From Moorellales bacterium (GTDB lineage: Bacteria > Bacillota > DSM-521 > Neomoorellales > SLTJ01), in the NCBI GenBank assembly GCA_049719955.1, contig JBNARC010000004.1:16782-80781 (forward strand): a stretch of 64,000 bases of DNA, given 5' to 3'. Below are positions 61,972 through 64,000 of the stretch, one piece after another. The translations under genes and the position numbers were made by a program. The notes under the pieces were generated by a model. The model was not told the DNA's origin. It saw only the letters and a list, made by a program, of their open reading frames with translations, and searched no databases. Numbering within the stretch: position 1 is the stretch's first letter; each line of letters begins with the position of its first letter.

Positions 61972-63540
61972 GTGCCGGTAAGGCTTACCTTTTACGACGG
62001 TGTGGGGTGCATCGGCGGCAACAAGATTCTTCTGGAAGACGGACCGACCGGGCTGCTTCTGGATTTTGGAACCAGCTTTTCGGCCGAGGCCCGGTTCTTC
62101 GACGAGTTTCTGGGCCCGCGAAGCACTTTTGGTTTTTCGGACCTATTAGCCCTGGATATACTGCCTCCCTTAGAGGGGCTGTACCGGCCGGATTTGGAAT
62201 ATGTGGGGGTATGGGAGAGCTACCACCAGCACCCCTTGCACCGGCGGTTGGAAGTGCGGGCGGTGGTGCTATCCCATGCCCACCTGGATCACTGCGGTTA
62301 TCTTTCCTATCTGCGGACCGACATGCCCGTTTTTTCTACCCTAACTACGGCCCTAATCCTCAAGGCGGTTCAGGATACGGGATCGACTGCCCGGTTACAA
62401 GAACCGGTCTATACCACGCCCCGGGAGTTGCGCGAGGGGCTGTTGCGTCCGGCGAATTCCCGTCGGGTCGGGTATGTTCGGCGGCCCTTCCGGGTGCTGG
62501 CCCCGGGGGCGAGTTTCGACCGGGCGATTAGTTTCTGGAACCGCAGCTACGGTCTGAGGCCGCTTTCCGGGCCGCAATTGGAAACCTGGGAAGGTGTGCA
62601 GTCGGTGGAGGGGTTGGAGGTCCGACTCTGGCCCGTAGATCATTCTGTTCCCGGAGCCAGTGCGGTAGGGGTAAGAACTTCCTCCGGCTGGGTGGTTTAT
62701 ACTGGCGATCTCCGGTTACACGGTAGGCAGGCGGATCTAACGCGGCGATTTCTGCAGGAGGCGGCCCGGTTGCACCCGGTAGTCCTGATCTGCGAGGGCA
62801 CCCATCCTCAGGTAGCGCGACCGATAAGCGAGGAAGAGGTAAAGGACAATTCCTTCAAGGTAGTGAGAGCCTCTACGGGGCTGGTGGTGGCCGATTTCGG
62901 ACCCCGCAACGTAGAGCGTTTGCTATCCTTTCTGGAGATAGCCGACCTGACCGGTAGGTGTTTGGTGCTCACCCCAAAAGATTTCTACCTTCTGGAAGCT
63001 TTGAGCGCCGCCGGGGAGGCGGAAGTTCCCAACCCCGAAACCGACCCCAGGCTTTACCTCTACGCCAAGCCCAAGGCGGTACTAGCCGGATGGGAGAAGG
63101 ACCTCCTGGAGCGCTTTTCCGGACTGGCTCCGGAACGGGTGGTGGAAGCCCGGACCATCAGGAACAACCCGGCGCGGTTCATTTTGTGCTTTTCTTATTA
63201 CGACTTTCATGCCCTCTTAGACATCGGTCCGATCGGAGGCACTTATGTCTACTCTTCCAGCGAGGCCTTCGACGAGGAAATGCTTTTGGACCAGGAACGG
63301 GTGCGCAACTGGATAGACCGGTTCGGCTTTGAACTCTTCGGGACCTTAGGCCGGGAGCGGGAGAAATCGGGCTTTCATGCCAGCGGCCACATCCATGGTC
63401 CCGGGTTGGAGGAACTGGTACATACTGTCAAACCCCAGATATTGGTCCCGGTGCACACTCAAGAAGTGAGTTTCTTTGACCGTTTCCGCGAAACCTGCCG
63501 GGTAGTGGTTCCCCGCCGGGGTGAGAGCTTGGAGGTTTGA
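61972..63540 (+). CDS. beta-CASP / metallo-beta-lactamase-fold hydrolase (RNase J-like)
   Basis: Contains 'VVLSHAHLDHCGYL' (HxHxDH), 'VYTGDLRL', 'LICEGTH' and 'FHASGHIHGPGL...VPVHT'. Confidence 0.8.
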   Translation: MPVRLTFYDGVGCIGGNKILLEDGPTGLLLDFGTSFSAEARFFDEFLGPRSTFGFSDLLALDILPPLEGLYRPDLEYVGVWESYHQHPLHRRLEVRAVVLSHAHLDHCGYLSYLRTDMPVFSTLTTALILKAVQDTGSTARLQEPVYTTPRELREGLLRPANSRRVGYVRRPFRVLAPGASFDRAISFWNRSYGLRPLSGPQLETWEGVQSVEGLEVRLWPVDHSVPGASAVGVRTSSGWVVYTGDLRLHGRQADLTRRFLQEAARLHPVVLICEGTHPQVARPISEEEVKDNSFKVVRASTGLVVADFGPRNVERLLSFLEIADLTGRCLVLTPKDFYLLEALSAAGEAEVPNPETDPRLYLYAKPKAVLAGWEKDLLERFSGLAPERVVEARTIRNNPARFILCFSYYDFHALLDIGPIGGTYVYSSSEAFDEEMLLDQERVRNWIDRFGFELFGTLGREREKSGFHASGHIHGPGLEELVHTVKPQILVPVHTQEVSFFDRFRETCRVVVPRRGESLEV

Positions 63541-63543
63541 AAG

Positions 63544-63571
63544 GCACCCTCGCCCCAGCGTGGCGGGGTGC
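63544..63571. terminator. GC-rich hairpin between convergent genes (possible bidirectional terminator)
   Basis: GCACCC(T)CGCC (63544-63554) pairs with GGCGGGGTGC (63562-63571) around a 7-nt loop. The flanking U-tracts are weak. Confidence 0.35.
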
Positions 63572-63585
63572 GGTAGCGACGAAGA

Positions 63586-64000
63586 TTATGACCTCGGGGC
63601 ACGGAAGAATTCCCCAGCGATCGCTTCTACCCGGTGCTCGGGCGCCAGCAAAGTAACGTGATCGCCGCTGAGCAGACGCGTTTTGCCGTGCGGTAACAAT
63701 TCCCGGTTTCCTCGGCGTACGGCCACCAGTAGACAATCTTCCGGCAGGCCGGAATCCTTAATACGCCGTCCATCTATCCTGGAGCCGGCTTCCACCACTA
63801 GTTCCACCAGCTCTACTAAGCTCGTAGACTCCCTATTAACCCCTGTCTTTCTTTTCGCTTCGTCTTGTTCGAAGAGCATCTCGTAAACCGGCGGATTCTT
63901 TAGGATTTCAGCCACCACGTACGCCACCACGCAGGCCGCGAAGAGGGGTAACATATTTTGGTAGCTCCCAGTCATCTCTATTACCAGCACGATGCCCGTG
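63586..64000 (-). CDS. ClC-family chloride channel/antiporter, C-terminal part with an RCK_C (TrkA-C) domain (5' end lies outside the window)
   Basis: The frame is open to the window edge. Contains 'VLVIEMTGSYQNMLPLFAACVVAYVVAE', followed by 'VVEAGSRIDGRRIKDSGLPEDCLLVAVRRGNRELLPHGKTRLLSGDHVTLL'. Confidence 0.85.
   Translation of the reverse strand, partial: TGIVLVIEMTGSYQNMLPLFAACVVAYVVAEILKNPPVYEMLFEQDEAKRKTGVNRESTSLVELVELVVEAGSRIDGRRIKDSGLPEDCLLVAVRRGNRELLPHGKTRLLSGDHVTLLAPEHRVEAIAGEFFRAPRS

Overview
This is a GC-rich chromosomal segment from an endospore-forming Firmicute, judged Clostridia-like (anaerobe or thermophile type) from gene content. About 70 genes are tightly packed, and all but the last lie on the + strand. 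Gene order closely follows the Bacillus/Clostridium 'yqeG ... spoIIIA ... spo0A ... spoIIA' core region.

Contents in order:
- thiI (3' end) and an orphan 656-aa helical-repeat protein.
- yqeG-aroE-aroC-aroK-aroB.
- A complete Gram-positive type IV pilus cluster: pilB-pilT-pilC, pilA, pilD, a Wzy_C/TPR protein, four minor pilins, pilMNO and a secreted protein. It ends with a GGDEF/HD-GYP enzyme.
- tldD-pmbA, then aroQ-pepQ-efp.
- spoIIIAA-AH, then asp23-amaP.
- nusB-folD-xseAB-ispA, a 778-nt non-coding gap, a small membrane protein, and dxs.
- tlyA-nadK-argR-recN-spoIVB-spo0A.
- A steA-like gene, two glycosyltransferases and a DUF3866 gene.
- nudix, spoIIM-xerD, deoB-punA-pdp.
- dacF-spoIIAA-spoIIAB-sigF, dodecin-spoVAC, a beta-CASP MBL hydrolase, and a convergent ClC channel fragment.

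Main hunt results:
1. The ispA-dxs gap plus its downstream membrane protein matches the context of OLE RNA and OapA.
2. A clear c-di-GMP-I (GEMM-I) riboswitch with an overlapping terminator sits upstream of pilA. PilB carries a complete MshEN c-di-GMP motif, and a diguanylate cyclase/HD-GYP gene closes the cluster.
3. An O-antigen-ligase-like/TPR protein lies inside the pilus operon and is a candidate pilin glycosylase.
4. A ~213-nt palindromic structured element is inserted between spoIIIAE and spoIIIAF.
5. A poorly characterised SteA/GT2/MraY-like/DUF3866 module lies downstream of spo0A.

No rRNA, tRNA, CRISPR array, transposase or phage genes were seen. Many long antisense or alternate-frame ORFs in the track are GC-rich artefacts.
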